Positions 26,701 through 33,674 of a stretch of DNA of 35,171 nt are shown here, in pieces. Position numbers and translations under genes: made by a program. The notes under the pieces are model-generated. The model made no database searches. It was not told the origin of the DNA and was given only the letters and a program-made list of their open reading frames with translations. Numbering within the stretch: the first letter of the stretch is position 1; each line of letters opens with the position of its first letter. The stretch is from contig JAGAEF010000335.1 in NCBI GenBank assembly GCA_017613255.1, positions 1-35,171 on the forward strand, in the 5' to 3' direction. Source of the DNA: Lentisphaeria bacterium. Its GTDB lineage: Bacteria > Verrucomicrobiota > Lentisphaeria > Victivallales > UBA1829.

Positions 26701-29369
26701 ACGAACTGGACGGCAACATGGATATCTCCCTGCGGGAGGCCGCCAAGTACGCCAGAAAGCTCTATGAGCAGACCGGAACGGTCTTCACCATCACCTTTGC
26801 CGACGGGCTCCAGCAGCGGGGGGATGTGCTTCTGGATTCCACGCTGGTCCTGGATTCCCCCGTGACCATCGACGGCGGTTCGGACATCACCGTTTCCGCG
26901 GGCGGCTTCATAGGCGACTCCATGTTCCGCGTCACGGGGACGGAGATCACTCTTACGAACATTACCCTGAACGGGGAAAACAACGTGGCCTACGATGAGA
27001 ACGGCAGTATCGCCGGACTCGCCGCTCAGGGCGGCATTCTCCATGTGGAAAAGGGCGGTTCCATTTCCGTTTCCGGCGTGACCTTCGAAAACGGTTACGC
27101 CTGGGAGGGCGGCGCAGTCTACAATCAGGGAGAATTCGCCGTTACGGGAAGCTCGTTTACCGACAACAGCGCCCTTCTGGGCGGCGCCATCTACAGCGAA
27201 AGCAGTCTCACGGTGACGGATAGCGTGTTCTCCGGCAACTATGCTTACGACGGTGCGGCGATCTACGGAAAGGGCAGCGTCAGCGTGAGTTCTTCCCAGT
27301 TCACCGGCAACGATGGAACCCTTTCGGTGGTCAGGGGGACGGACGTGAATGTTTCCGGAAGCACGTTTGCTTCCAACAGCGCCGGAAATGCCATGGTGAA
27401 CGGGACGAACAGCGTGAACGTTTCCGGAAGCACGTTCAATGCCAATACGGCGGAAATTCTGGTCGGCGCTCCCAGCGTGAACGTTTCCGGAAGCACGTTC
27501 AGTGCCAACGAAACGACGGTCCTTCTGGACGGGACGACCCTGAACGTTTCCGGAAGCACGTTTACGTCCAACAAGGCGGAAAACCTCCTTGTGGGTTCCA
27601 GCGTAAATGTAACGGGAAGCACCTTTACGGGCAATGAGGCCGCGGAGAATCTCCTTGCGGGTTCCAGTGTGAACGTTTCCGGAAGCACGTTTACGTCCAA
27701 CAAGGCGGAAAATCTTCTTTCCGGGGCCGACATCAGCGTTTCCGGAAGCACGTTTGCCTCCAATGAACTTTCCGAAGCTCTGGCGGATGCCTCCGGGAAC
27801 GTGAGCGTTGCGGGAAGCACGTTCACGTCCAACAAGGCGGAAAATCTTCTTTCCGGGACGAGTGTGAGCGTTTCCGGCAGCACCTTTACCGAAAACGCCT
27901 TCGACTATCTCATCAACGCCCCCGGGGACGTCCGGATCTCCGACAGCGCCTTCGTCCGGAACACGGCGGAGGAATCCCTCGTGAGCGGGGAGGCCCGGAT
28001 CACGGTTTCGGGAAGCCGCTTCGAAGACAACCGCGCCATGTGGGCCCTTCTGGAGACTGCCGGAGACGTGACGGTTTCGGGAAGCCGCTTCGAAGGCAAC
28101 AGCGTGGAGAACGGCTCCCTTGTCGATGCCTACGGCGCCGAAAGTTCCGTGAGCGTGACGAACAGCACCTTCGCAAATAACGAGGTTGCCGATGCCATTG
28201 TGTTCGCCACTGCCGGGATCTTCCTGGACGAAGTTTCCCTCACCAACAACATCGGCTCCTATGCCTTGCAGAGCGATGGCAACATCGCGGTCATTTCCAC
28301 GACCATTGCCGATACCGAGGGCGACGGGACCGTGAAGGTTTCCGCGGGAGAGAATGCCTACATCCTCAACTCCACGGTCGCGGATGTTTCCGGCGACGCG
28401 GGAGTTCTGGTGGAAGGAAGCAATGTTTATGTGGTGAACAGCATCGTGGTTTCCAACGATACGGCGGACGTGACCTCCGGGACGCTCTCCGCCGCCTACT
28501 CCTACATGAGCAGCGGAAGCGGCGACCATGTGACCGGTAACTGGAGTTACGACGATGCCTTTGCCGGAAACACCGTCTCCGCAGACGGCACGCTTCACCC
28601 GGTGGAGTCTCTTGCCTCCCAGCGCGGCTCCTTCGTCATGTATTCGGTGAATGGGGACGGCTCCCTCAACGTGGCCTACTCCGACACCTATTCGGATCAG
28701 GTCATTTCCACCGGATACTACTACGATCCGCGGGTGAACCAGAACTGGACGACCCTTACCGCCAGCGCTCCCGTCAACGGGACGGTGGTGCGGTATGCGC
28801 ATGAGCAGGAAGTCACCATGCCCGGCATAGGCTCCTACTGGAACGGCTCCTACTCCGTGGATTACGGACCCGGTCTCAACTCGGAATTCATCGATGCCTC
28901 CTACAACGGCGTGTTCGGGTACTACGGCATGAACAATTACGCTCTGGCCGTTTCCGGATTGTCCGGCGGCATTGCCCTTGCGGGCAGCATGATCTGGCCC
29001 GAGACGGTCTCCTTCGACCCGATTCGGGATGCGGGCACCCGTTCCGGATTCCGGGTCTCCGAGCGCATGGATCTGGGCGGCATCCCCTCCGCGGGAACGT
29101 ACATAACCGAAACGGTGGAGGCCTCCGGGGACGATCTGGAGAGCGAGTACTACATGACGCCCACCACCGCCGACGGGCTTCCTCTGATCCCCGAACAGAC
29201 CGCCGAAGAAGGCGATCTGGAACCCGAGGGACTGGAGGCGACCCTTGCGGAGATCTCCGAAAGCTTCGGAGACGGCGTGGAGAAGGTTGCTTCCCTCTTC
29301 AAGCACGCGGACGTGTTCAAGGACGACTTCGACAAGGCCCTTGAGGAGCTTCTGGGCATCAAGGCCTGA
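17742..29369 (+). CDS. Giant (3875 aa) extracellular/surface protein: LEPR-XLL motif, DUF4347, CSLREA-like motifs and Pmp-like beta-helix repeats
   Basis: N-terminal IIRLEERVLFEAA. DUF4347 at about 18369-18800 (ELVIV, HIVTHG, ILIYGC..AAG, GADIAAS.D.T, GGNW.LEY). VVNT..SLREA at about 24978 and 26679. GGA(I/V)Y and FxxN repeats. Composition rich in G/S/T/N/D. Confidence 0.88.
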   Translation: MTKKKTAGIIRLEERVLFEAAAAPEIAALVAAEGQEGGDGNGEDASSDNDNLEKTAAAAALAAGPDGAAIGDAPVTENGVETAEGVGEDAGNDGDSSSDDSGDADDAGQAQEALLPDPVEGLEIGNTDSVVDGTPAASADDLDLDDPSSIVIENGSSEVITVEGNSSAEADQAEPDAEEIAAEINANSAAAAAEAAEAADGSSEAAPERHELVIVNATTDNLDALLGEVEEGRDVLVLEADSADPLADIQAYMEGKDYTYDAVHIVTHGNQSGLLLGGSLIEDGSSFGVMKSSLSDGADILIYGCNTAAGEAGHSFLQDIADATGADIAASTDMTSSSHFGGNWNLEYAIGDVNVDSLTVSDAWVGKLATINIDGKGGTEGVYKDLNDYWTKNKLTPGSLYEFDTVILMADVTESYTGDISLYDDKGGISGGEVRFLSNGADRFTYTISDSQTIYVGGKTNSDSEVPLALGYASGANNVAIKGTIAVGLNDTLYLNKSVITGTVGLGENALLSTEGGFLKASVQSLNIVANTYATINNIDLSVLRNLTDATANGCELRIGDGASVNVEIAATFTKGTITLGDNTQFGTKSGTVNYLTLGDDVTLKLLNYNGTPLHGEVSVTHDVAVSGTTVTMNDFSLLGTVNLSNAGEIKGTSGELGTLRVIGTGTVTNKALSADNLSSNGAVTLTVGTGGKLIVGREIDYSDDTIVLDSGTFGAKGNLKTLDINGTGTLTGSELAITDTVDVDAGESLSLLDDSYISGTVALSGAITGNSGSIRTLVVNTSGERTINNSDLTVTELDGSSGTVTLTVQGGLTVPSSGQFDFGDDTIHLNGGSLTAYGTLDKLTIGANGGTLKDGDLTVGDAAGITIDYAADVYVEGNAKLTAASLVNNGTIAGSGAGAVLDFTGDVTNSGTMADSVSLRITGDLTNTVTGVIGPVFSVSGNVDNSGWVDVIREVGGDLVNRIGGTIMEQGKVSGVLDNLGYIGTLYNVADPTKVNNNGTIDTLMITVTGENAATGLTFTTVNEAFDVLANPGSAQSINGNDPLSYGFSFALNPYVYSDSDTFRADNDVVSLEKATTLTAGSGQTKDIVLDTTLQFASMPAAASTVIGYSLYGTATLTDLIIGSGVSVTLKGASSTYTFDNVGVKIANGGTLKADKTNLVFTGNGVRATYEFLSSDAYLMTGAVYGTDGMGGVSVFNEGKMSIDGSKVTFTREALAGTLFPSIDRYLTYGIKNDGTDASITISGGSEITFDLGSAADNIDSRADDAYAVWNVNGLLRVEDSTITINTHRAGAFDGIDPVKSVALFNESALKDKNAVDGLSFSDAMADADVAVENSKILANGNREGVYGVLNSGDAYVEDSWILAQGEYIVSGIKNNASGHMEFNVADPNYTTEAALDKYFADKGVDFAKYQDNPGGLISDYILPGVSGKNITGTSGNVENTSSVFNAGQLYIHYSGSVPEGKNPWVGSSTGYTYVDVPVLLLYGEVYTLGTAEDGHELVLTDLNHVTVAGKSNEATSLIESSRTATVLLNDVSATTLVNDGSQVHVTGTYDKSIFSVYSATSNLLNWTNTVVSRIENNAESSLYSMKDGEMFFGIAATEGDSNLFHVNKTRYDNRVEFASDVSYTILNEARMTISNFMGLGTDENHPVSIKNTDRAQTVNGSDYRVIGTMLIENPIDTQKEVNGQMVNVTDANGNPISLTDDNGNVTMYVDYRSGTIFEADPAVQDLGIVNTGAVLTINNVNVLNTNASSVAVTNHGGVFSMTSGSLMGTYSGLDNIERVSATVGAGSDYAITLKIEQSTANLNDITVIAGSNFGVRNTGEFNLNNTDTALITNDFNLAVEKGSVLDALFTPFRVADIPGASEAIGIANYTIASAMWMETIAAANGVPVRVHFTIDVSSYRNYTPYSYEDLTGAKTTAAASWKVNLLNTGGDLLGTKSYTPSSHAVEGSSPAITHYAYGKNFTNSTVKADNVQFRLSQAMADTIAVYNEATATVTSIKSFENYLDSIHNVGIDNKKAASSWEAWLYVNSNWDGTDLNMLKDTGYFINGADGGTDSSGTEGEGDGDGEDDIVTTGSDGQKRESRAYLSFSCKINASSVENSDILTLEGLDGTGEMSISGSSYRVTPSATLTLLNLIVTSPENTTYAIENRGTLIVENTFELLENGSTNSSGAYISAKKGTAILNKADLTLINATVKNSVNGIENAGGTLYMVNSQLLDNSGWALKSTSGQSYILDSSIVFNANGVNVEGGTVTLENSILVNSGMKTDGTYFTADGVNYSGNINADNTNVVGSADDAASNTLLLGRIYTYNKETGSYFQSVEINRLNLSISSANPALSGGVYIAVKFDEEGAVTGYEISTDSSGFSEGYVFVSTDKDGYSRLPDTGSSSIIIGATSYHTVVPPEPPEPPGPVTYVVNTFTDDVNPANSLFSLREAFALAETSQGSSFTVTFDVSALLAEGGYTFVLNNVIGMATGSIVVDFAALASSLGHDVVITISDTFASDTMFGFGNTAGVTGPDVSISGVTIDGSKSTTGNVAVILAGATLSLKDVNVYGGAGYYLEIENSGSSSSSSSSTSTTDSESESTADSSSTDSSTDSSGSDLKSGYYGGAFLVMGTLSISGEGVYSGGSKVTRGGIIASENGIVNVTGNITFQSGKASEMGGFLLQAGEKSVSNIGDENSNIIITGMDAPEGAVVAQLHGETNLINVVVRNNGKMDSETHTAASKELFAATGDFTVVNASIYDNTAEAIFGLYSVEDGSSEEFLERVFLVDSSLVQNSSGFVQDKDGNLEYDSDGYGKLDYATKLWSEGKKTVVTDSNGNTTTTYTGGSKGDVYILNSLIDVDLNGDYEGINLSIVSTLTGEKGWEAFSYDGYGELQLDPETGVPIITDSASAGGVIAAVYTDSNGRRALAYRTLDDTVWRGMDGAAVSQFEPDIDSIIRSDAIGEISVSGNGSHRYLAQSNITIGAYSRAYADTLTATGIVVTTNIDELDGNMDISLREAAKYARKLYEQTGTVFTITFADGLQQRGDVLLDSTLVLDSPVTIDGGSDITVSAGGFIGDSMFRVTGTEITLTNITLNGENNVAYDENGSIAGLAAQGGILHVEKGGSISVSGVTFENGYAWEGGAVYNQGEFAVTGSSFTDNSALLGGAIYSESSLTVTDSVFSGNYAYDGAAIYGKGSVSVSSSQFTGNDGTLSVVRGTDVNVSGSTFASNSAGNAMVNGTNSVNVSGSTFNANTAEILVGAPSVNVSGSTFSANETTVLLDGTTLNVSGSTFTSNKAENLLVGSSVNVTGSTFTGNEAAENLLAGSSVNVSGSTFTSNKAENLLSGADISVSGSTFASNELSEALADASGNVSVAGSTFTSNKAENLLSGTSVSVSGSTFTENAFDYLINAPGDVRISDSAFVRNTAEESLVSGEARITVSGSRFEDNRAMWALLETAGDVTVSGSRFEGNSVENGSLVDAYGAESSVSVTNSTFANNEVADAIVFATAGIFLDEVSLTNNIGSYALQSDGNIAVISTTIADTEGDGTVKVSAGENAYILNSTVADVSGDAGVLVEGSNVYVVNSIVVSNDTADVTSGTLSAAYSYMSSGSGDHVTGNWSYDDAFAGNTVSADGTLHPVESLASQRGSFVMYSVNGDGSLNVAYSDTYSDQVISTGYYYDPRVNQNWTTLTASAPVNGTVVRYAHEQEVTMPGIGSYWNGSYSVDYGPGLNSEFIDASYNGVFGYYGMNNYALAVSGLSGGIALAGSMIWPETVSFDPIRDAGTRSGFRVSERMDLGGIPSAGTYITETVEASGDDLESEYYMTPTTADGLPLIPEQTAEEGDLEPEGLEATLAEISESFGDGVEKVASLFKHADVFKDDFDKALEELLGIKA
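27340..27900 (+). repeat. Nine in-frame tandem repeats of 63-69 nt encoding V(N/S)V(S/T/A)GSTFxxN beta-helix turns
   Basis: Recurring core GTTTCCGGAAGCACGTT. All periods are multiples of 3. More degenerate copies continue to about 28180. Confidence 0.9.
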
Positions 29370-29391
29370 CGGAAGGCTTCGAACTGAGCTG

Positions 29392-29425
29392 GGGAAAGGG
29401 TCTCTGATCCTTTCCCTTGCTTTTT
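29392..29425 (+). terminator. Candidate terminator after the giant gene
   Basis: GGGAAAGGGTC-TCT-GATCCTTTCCC followed by TTGCTTTTT. Confidence 0.6.
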
Positions 29426-29466
29426 CCCCAGCGGAAAGAAAAAGAGCGGAAAAAGGAGACAGAAGC

Positions 29467-31173
29467 ATGAACGGAAAAAAGAAAGCGGGACGGACTCTCA
29501 AGGAGATCCGGGACAAATACGCCCTTGAGCAGAATATGCGGGATGAGGAGACACCGGAAGCCGTCGCGGAAAGCGCTTCTTCCGGGAAAGAGAAGTCCTC
29601 TCTTCCCGTCATCGCCATCGTGGGGCGTCCCAACGTGGGCAAATCCTCCCTTTTCAACGCCATTCTCAAGAAACGCCTTGCCATCGTCCATTTTGACAGC
29701 GGCGTCACCAGGGACCGGGTCTCTTCCACGGGTGTGTGGGAGGGGAAGCGGTTCACCCTCATCGATACGGGGGGACTGGGGATGTTTTCCGGGGAGAAGA
29801 AAAAACTGGATTTCTGGGACAGCTCCATAGAAGCGCAGGTGGAAACCGCCGTGGAGTCCGCCGACACCGTGTTTTTCGTCACCGACGTGACTGCGGGACT
29901 TACCGAACTGGACAAGAGTATTGCCTCCCGGCTGAGAAGTGCCGGAAAAGAGGTCATCGTGGTGGTGAACAAGGCGGACAATCCGGGAACGGTCCAAAGC
30001 GCTTCCGAGTTCGCTTCTCTGGGGTTTCCCCGTCTTTTCCCCGTCTCCTCCCTGCACAGGAGCGGGCTGGATCCCCTCATGACCGAAGCGTTGAAAAACG
30101 TGAAGGCTGGCGGGGAGGAAGAGTCCGACGAGGCGGAACCCTTGCGCATTGCGGTGCTGGGGCGCCCCAACGTGGGAAAGTCCTCTCTGGTCAACAAGAT
30201 GCTGGGGGAGAAACGGGTCATCGTCAGCGACGTGGCGGGGACAACCCGGGACGCGGTGGATGTGGATTTCACTCTGGACTGCGCCGGGGAGAAGGTCCCC
30301 GCCGTGCTGGTGGATACCGCCGGACTGCGGAAGCGTTCCAAGATTTCCGAAGCGGTGGAGCACTACAGCATCATGCGCGCGGAACAGGCGCTGGAGTCCT
30401 GCGACATCGTTCTTTTTCTCATCGAAGCGCCTACGGGCGGCTCCACTTCCCAGGACAAGACCATTGCCGGAATGATCACGGAATCGGGCAAGGGGTGCAT
30501 CATCGTGGCCAACAAGTTCGATCTCTGCAAGGGGAAGGATCCCAAGACGTTCCAGAAGGAACTGCATGAAACCTTTCCCCGCATGAAATATGCGCCCCTT
30601 CTGCTCCTTTCCGCGAAAAACGGCTACAATCTGGAGGAGCTCTACTCCCTCATCGCCGATCTGCGGGCGACCATGAGCATGAAAGTGACCACTTCCATGC
30701 TCAACCGGGTCTTGTCCGACGCGCAGGCGAAAAACGCTCCCCCTCTTGTGGGCGGACACGCCTTCAAGATCTATTACGGGACCATGCTGGGCAATACGCC
30801 GCCCACCTTCTCTCTGTTCGTGAACAATCCTTCTTTCCTTTCGGAAAACTACCGGCTCTATATCGAAAATTCCATGCGCAATGCCTTTGAGTTCAAAGGA
30901 TTCCCCATCCGGGTGCTTTTGAAGGCAAGAAGAAGGGAATCTCTTTCGGATCTTCTTGCCAGAGGCGACAGGAAAGAGGCGTCCGAAAAGAAGAAAAAGC
31001 CCTCTTCTTCTCCCTCCGGAAAAGGGAAAAAGGGCAGTCCTTCCGCCGGGAAAAGACCCATGGCAAAAAAGGGCACCCGGCCGGGACACAGGCCGTCGGA
31101 AGGTCCCATTCGTTCCGGCAAGGGGCGCGCCATTGCGGCGGGAAGAAGGATCCACAGGGCAAAGAGAAAGTGA
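29467..31173 (+). CDS. der: Ribosome biogenesis GTPase Der (EngA) with N- and C-terminal extensions
   Basis: Two G domains (GRPNVGKSS twice, GVTRD/GTTRD, DTGG/DTAG, NKAD/NKFD) and a KH-like domain (PPTF..F.N, FEFKGFPI). ATG 29467 after AAGGAG. Confidence 0.96.
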   Translation: MNGKKKAGRTLKEIRDKYALEQNMRDEETPEAVAESASSGKEKSSLPVIAIVGRPNVGKSSLFNAILKKRLAIVHFDSGVTRDRVSSTGVWEGKRFTLIDTGGLGMFSGEKKKLDFWDSSIEAQVETAVESADTVFFVTDVTAGLTELDKSIASRLRSAGKEVIVVVNKADNPGTVQSASEFASLGFPRLFPVSSLHRSGLDPLMTEALKNVKAGGEEESDEAEPLRIAVLGRPNVGKSSLVNKMLGEKRVIVSDVAGTTRDAVDVDFTLDCAGEKVPAVLVDTAGLRKRSKISEAVEHYSIMRAEQALESCDIVLFLIEAPTGGSTSQDKTIAGMITESGKGCIIVANKFDLCKGKDPKTFQKELHETFPRMKYAPLLLLSAKNGYNLEELYSLIADLRATMSMKVTTSMLNRVLSDAQAKNAPPLVGGHAFKIYYGTMLGNTPPTFSLFVNNPSFLSENYRLYIENSMRNAFEFKGFPIRVLLKARRRESLSDLLARGDRKEASEKKKKPSSSPSGKGKKGSPSAGKRPMAKKGTRPGHRPSEGPIRSGKGRAIAAGRRIHRAKRK

Positions 31174-31176
31174 AAA

Positions 31177-32064
31177 ATGGTTTTTGAATTTACGAAAATG
31201 CACGGCGCGGGCAATGATTTCATCCTTGCCCGGATGCCTTCTCTTTCCCCGGAGAAGCGGGAAAAAGTCTTCAGCAGGGAGAGAATCGCCTTTCTCTGCG
31301 ACCGGCATCTGGGGATCGGCGGAGACGGCCTCATTCTTGCGGAACCTCTGGCCACGAGGAGCGCAAAGGGGGCGGCCATGGCGGAAATGCACTATTTCAA
31401 CAGCGACGGCGGAAGCGCCGCCATGTGCGGCAACGGGCTCCGCTGCGCCGCCTCCTTCCTCTACCGGAAGGGCCTTCTGGGAAAAGAGAAGGAAATGTGC
31501 TTTCTTTCCGCGGGGATCGAAGCGGAATCGGAGATCCTGGACGAAGAGGGTAAACGGGTGAAGATCCATCTGGATGTGACGGAGGGATTCCGAAAATTCG
31601 AGGTGACGTTCGAGGGCCGTACCTTCCCGGTGTACAAAGGGGGCGTGGGAGTGCCTCACGCCGTGGCGGTGCTGAAGGAAGAAGAATGGAACACTCTGGA
31701 TGTAAGGAAATTGGGCTCCTTTCTGCGGTATCACTCTCTTTTTGCGCCGGAAGGGGCCAATGCGGACTTTCTCTTTTTCCCGGAAGGGGAAAGGGAAAAG
31801 AAAAGCCCCCGCGTTCTGATCCGCACCTACGAGCGGGGCGTGGAGGATGAAACCTTGTGCTGCGGGACGGGGTGCTCCTCCTCCGCCGTCGTATTGCGCA
31901 ACTTTTTCTCCTTTCCTGCCGAAATGCGCTTTTTTTGCAGGAAAGGGGATGAAATCGCCATTGAAATTCCCGAAGAAGGGAATACATTAAAGAGAGTGCA
32001 TCTTTCCGGCCCGGCGGAAACGGTTTTCGAGGGGAAGATGCTTCTGGATGAAACAGCAAACTGA
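31177..32064 (+). CDS. dapF: Diaminopimelate epimerase
   Basis: FTKMHGAGNDF, CDRHLGIGGDG, NSDG...MCGNG, GVPH, RTYERGVEDETLCCGTG, GPA..VFEG. Confidence 0.95.
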   Translation: MVFEFTKMHGAGNDFILARMPSLSPEKREKVFSRERIAFLCDRHLGIGGDGLILAEPLATRSAKGAAMAEMHYFNSDGGSAAMCGNGLRCAASFLYRKGLLGKEKEMCFLSAGIEAESEILDEEGKRVKIHLDVTEGFRKFEVTFEGRTFPVYKGGVGVPHAVAVLKEEEWNTLDVRKLGSFLRYHSLFAPEGANADFLFFPEGEREKKSPRVLIRTYERGVEDETLCCGTGCSSSAVVLRNFFSFPAEMRFFCRKGDEIAIEIPEEGNTLKRVHLSGPAETVFEGKMLLDETAN

Positions 32065-32105
32065 ACAATAACAGCAAACTTGCGGAAGAAAAGGAACAAC
32101 TGACT

Positions 32106-32990
32106 ATGGAAATGCGCGGAGTGTACACGGCATTGGTCACGCCCTTCACGAAAGAAGGGAAAGTGGATTACGGAAAACTCAACGAACTTCTGGAGATCCA
32201 GATCGCCGGAGGCGTGGACGGGGTCGTCCCCGTGGGGACCACGGGAGAAAGCCCCACGCTGGATACCAAAGAACACATGAAGGTCATCGAAGAAACCGTC
32301 AAATGCGTTGCCGGGCGGTGCAAGGTCCTTGCGGGGACCGGGGCCAACTGCGCGGAAGAGGCCGTAGCCCTTACCCGGCACGCCGCCGAAGTGGGCGCGG
32401 ACTGCTCCCTGCAGGTGACTCCCTACTACAACAAGCCCACGCAGGAGGGGCTCTACAGGCACTTCTCCCTTGTGGCGGATACCTGCAAACTGCCCATCGT
32501 GCTCTACAACGTTCCCGGCAGGACGGGGGTCCCCATTGCGGCGGAAACCATCGCCAGACTTTCCAAAAACGCCAACGTGCTTGCCGTGAAGGAGGCGGGG
32601 GGATCCGTGGAGCGGGTCTCCGAGATCCTTTCCCTCTGCGACATCACGGTCATGTGCGGGGATGACTCCCTGACGGTCCCCATGATGTCCGTAGGCGCCA
32701 AAGGGGTCATCAGCGTGGCTTCCAACATCATTCCCGGCGACCTCAAGAAGATGACGGACTTCTGTGCGAAAGGGGATTTCGTTTCCGCGCTTGCCCTGCA
32801 CCGGAAATACTACAAGTTCTTCAAGGCTCTGTTCATCGAATCCAATCCCATCCCCGTGAAGGCGGCCATGGCGATCCTTGGGCAGATCGAAGAGATCTAC
32901 CGGCTGCCCCTCTGCGAAATGGCCAAAGCCAACCGGGACAAGCTGGAAGGCGTGATGAGAGAGTGCCTTGCGGGGCAGTTTTCGTTCTGA
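32106..32990 (+). CDS. dapA: 4-hydroxy-tetrahydrodipicolinate synthase
   Basis: ALVTPF, GTTGES, PYYNKP, LYNVPGRT, KEA, GDD, GVISV, NPIPVK. Confidence 0.96.
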   Translation: MEMRGVYTALVTPFTKEGKVDYGKLNELLEIQIAGGVDGVVPVGTTGESPTLDTKEHMKVIEETVKCVAGRCKVLAGTGANCAEEAVALTRHAAEVGADCSLQVTPYYNKPTQEGLYRHFSLVADTCKLPIVLYNVPGRTGVPIAAETIARLSKNANVLAVKEAGGSVERVSEILSLCDITVMCGDDSLTVPMMSVGAKGVISVASNIIPGDLKKMTDFCAKGDFVSALALHRKYYKFFKALFIESNPIPVKAAMAILGQIEEIYRLPLCEMAKANRDKLEGVMRECLAGQFSF

Positions 32991-32999
32991 GGAGGAAAA

Positions 33000-33644
33000 A
33001 TGATCAACCGTATTCTGTTTCAGGGGGATTCCATTACCGACGTGGGAAGAGCAAGGGAGGATAATCTTCCTCTCGGACAGGGCCTGGGGACCGGCTACCC
33101 TCAGCTGGTGACCGCCCGCCTCATCACCGATTATCCTTCCAGACCCTGGATCATCGAGAACAAGGGGATCAGCGGGAACCGGGTGGTGGATCTGTACGCC
33201 CGCTGGAAGATCGACGCCCTGAATTTGCATCCCCAGCTCATCAGCATCCTCATCGGGGTCAACGATACCTGGCATGAATTCGGCAGGAAGAACGGAGTGG
33301 AGGTCCCCCGGTACGAAATGGTCTACAGAGAGCTTCTCCGCTGGACGAAAGAGGTCCTGCCTGAGGTCAAACTCGTTCTCATGGAGCCCTTCTGCTTCTG
33401 CTTCGGAGCGGTGGGGCCGGACTGGGTGCCGGAAGTGAAGGAAAGAGGTAAAATCGTCAAAAAACTTGCGGAAGAGTTCGACGCTCTTTTCCTTCCCTGT
33501 CAGGAGATCCTGGACAAGGCGCTGGAAAGGGCTCCTCAGGAGTTCTGGCTCCGGGACGGCGTGCATCCGGCTCTGGCCGGGCACCAGCTTCTGGCGGACG
33601 CCTGGATAGAGGCGACCAAAGAGCTTCTTCACGGCTCCCGGTAA
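33000..33644 (+). CDS. SGNH/GDSL hydrolase, copy 1
   Basis: FQGDSITD, NKGISG, IGVND, DGVHP. Confidence 0.92.
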   Translation: MINRILFQGDSITDVGRAREDNLPLGQGLGTGYPQLVTARLITDYPSRPWIIENKGISGNRVVDLYARWKIDALNLHPQLISILIGVNDTWHEFGRKNGVEVPRYEMVYRELLRWTKEVLPEVKLVLMEPFCFCFGAVGPDWVPEVKERGKIVKKLAEEFDALFLPCQEILDKALERAPQEFWLRDGVHPALAGHQLLADAWIEATKELLHGSR

Positions 33645-33674
33645 GGCGGTTTTTCCGGAATTCGAGGAGAAAAA

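Noticed and set aside
27340-27900. CRISPR-like array (palindromic core, 63-69 nt period)
   Set aside because: All periods are multiples of 3, the would-be spacers resemble each other, variation is codon-like, the array lies inside a long ORF, and there are no cas genes or leader.
17742-29369. Classical autotransporter or chlamydial Pmp call
   Set aside because: It has GGA(I/V) and FxxN repeats but no signal peptide and no C-terminal beta-barrel ending in an aromatic residue.
17625-30341. 1931-aa and 1828-aa minus-strand ORFs
   Set aside because: Antisense shadows of the giant gene and der, with no recognisable domains.
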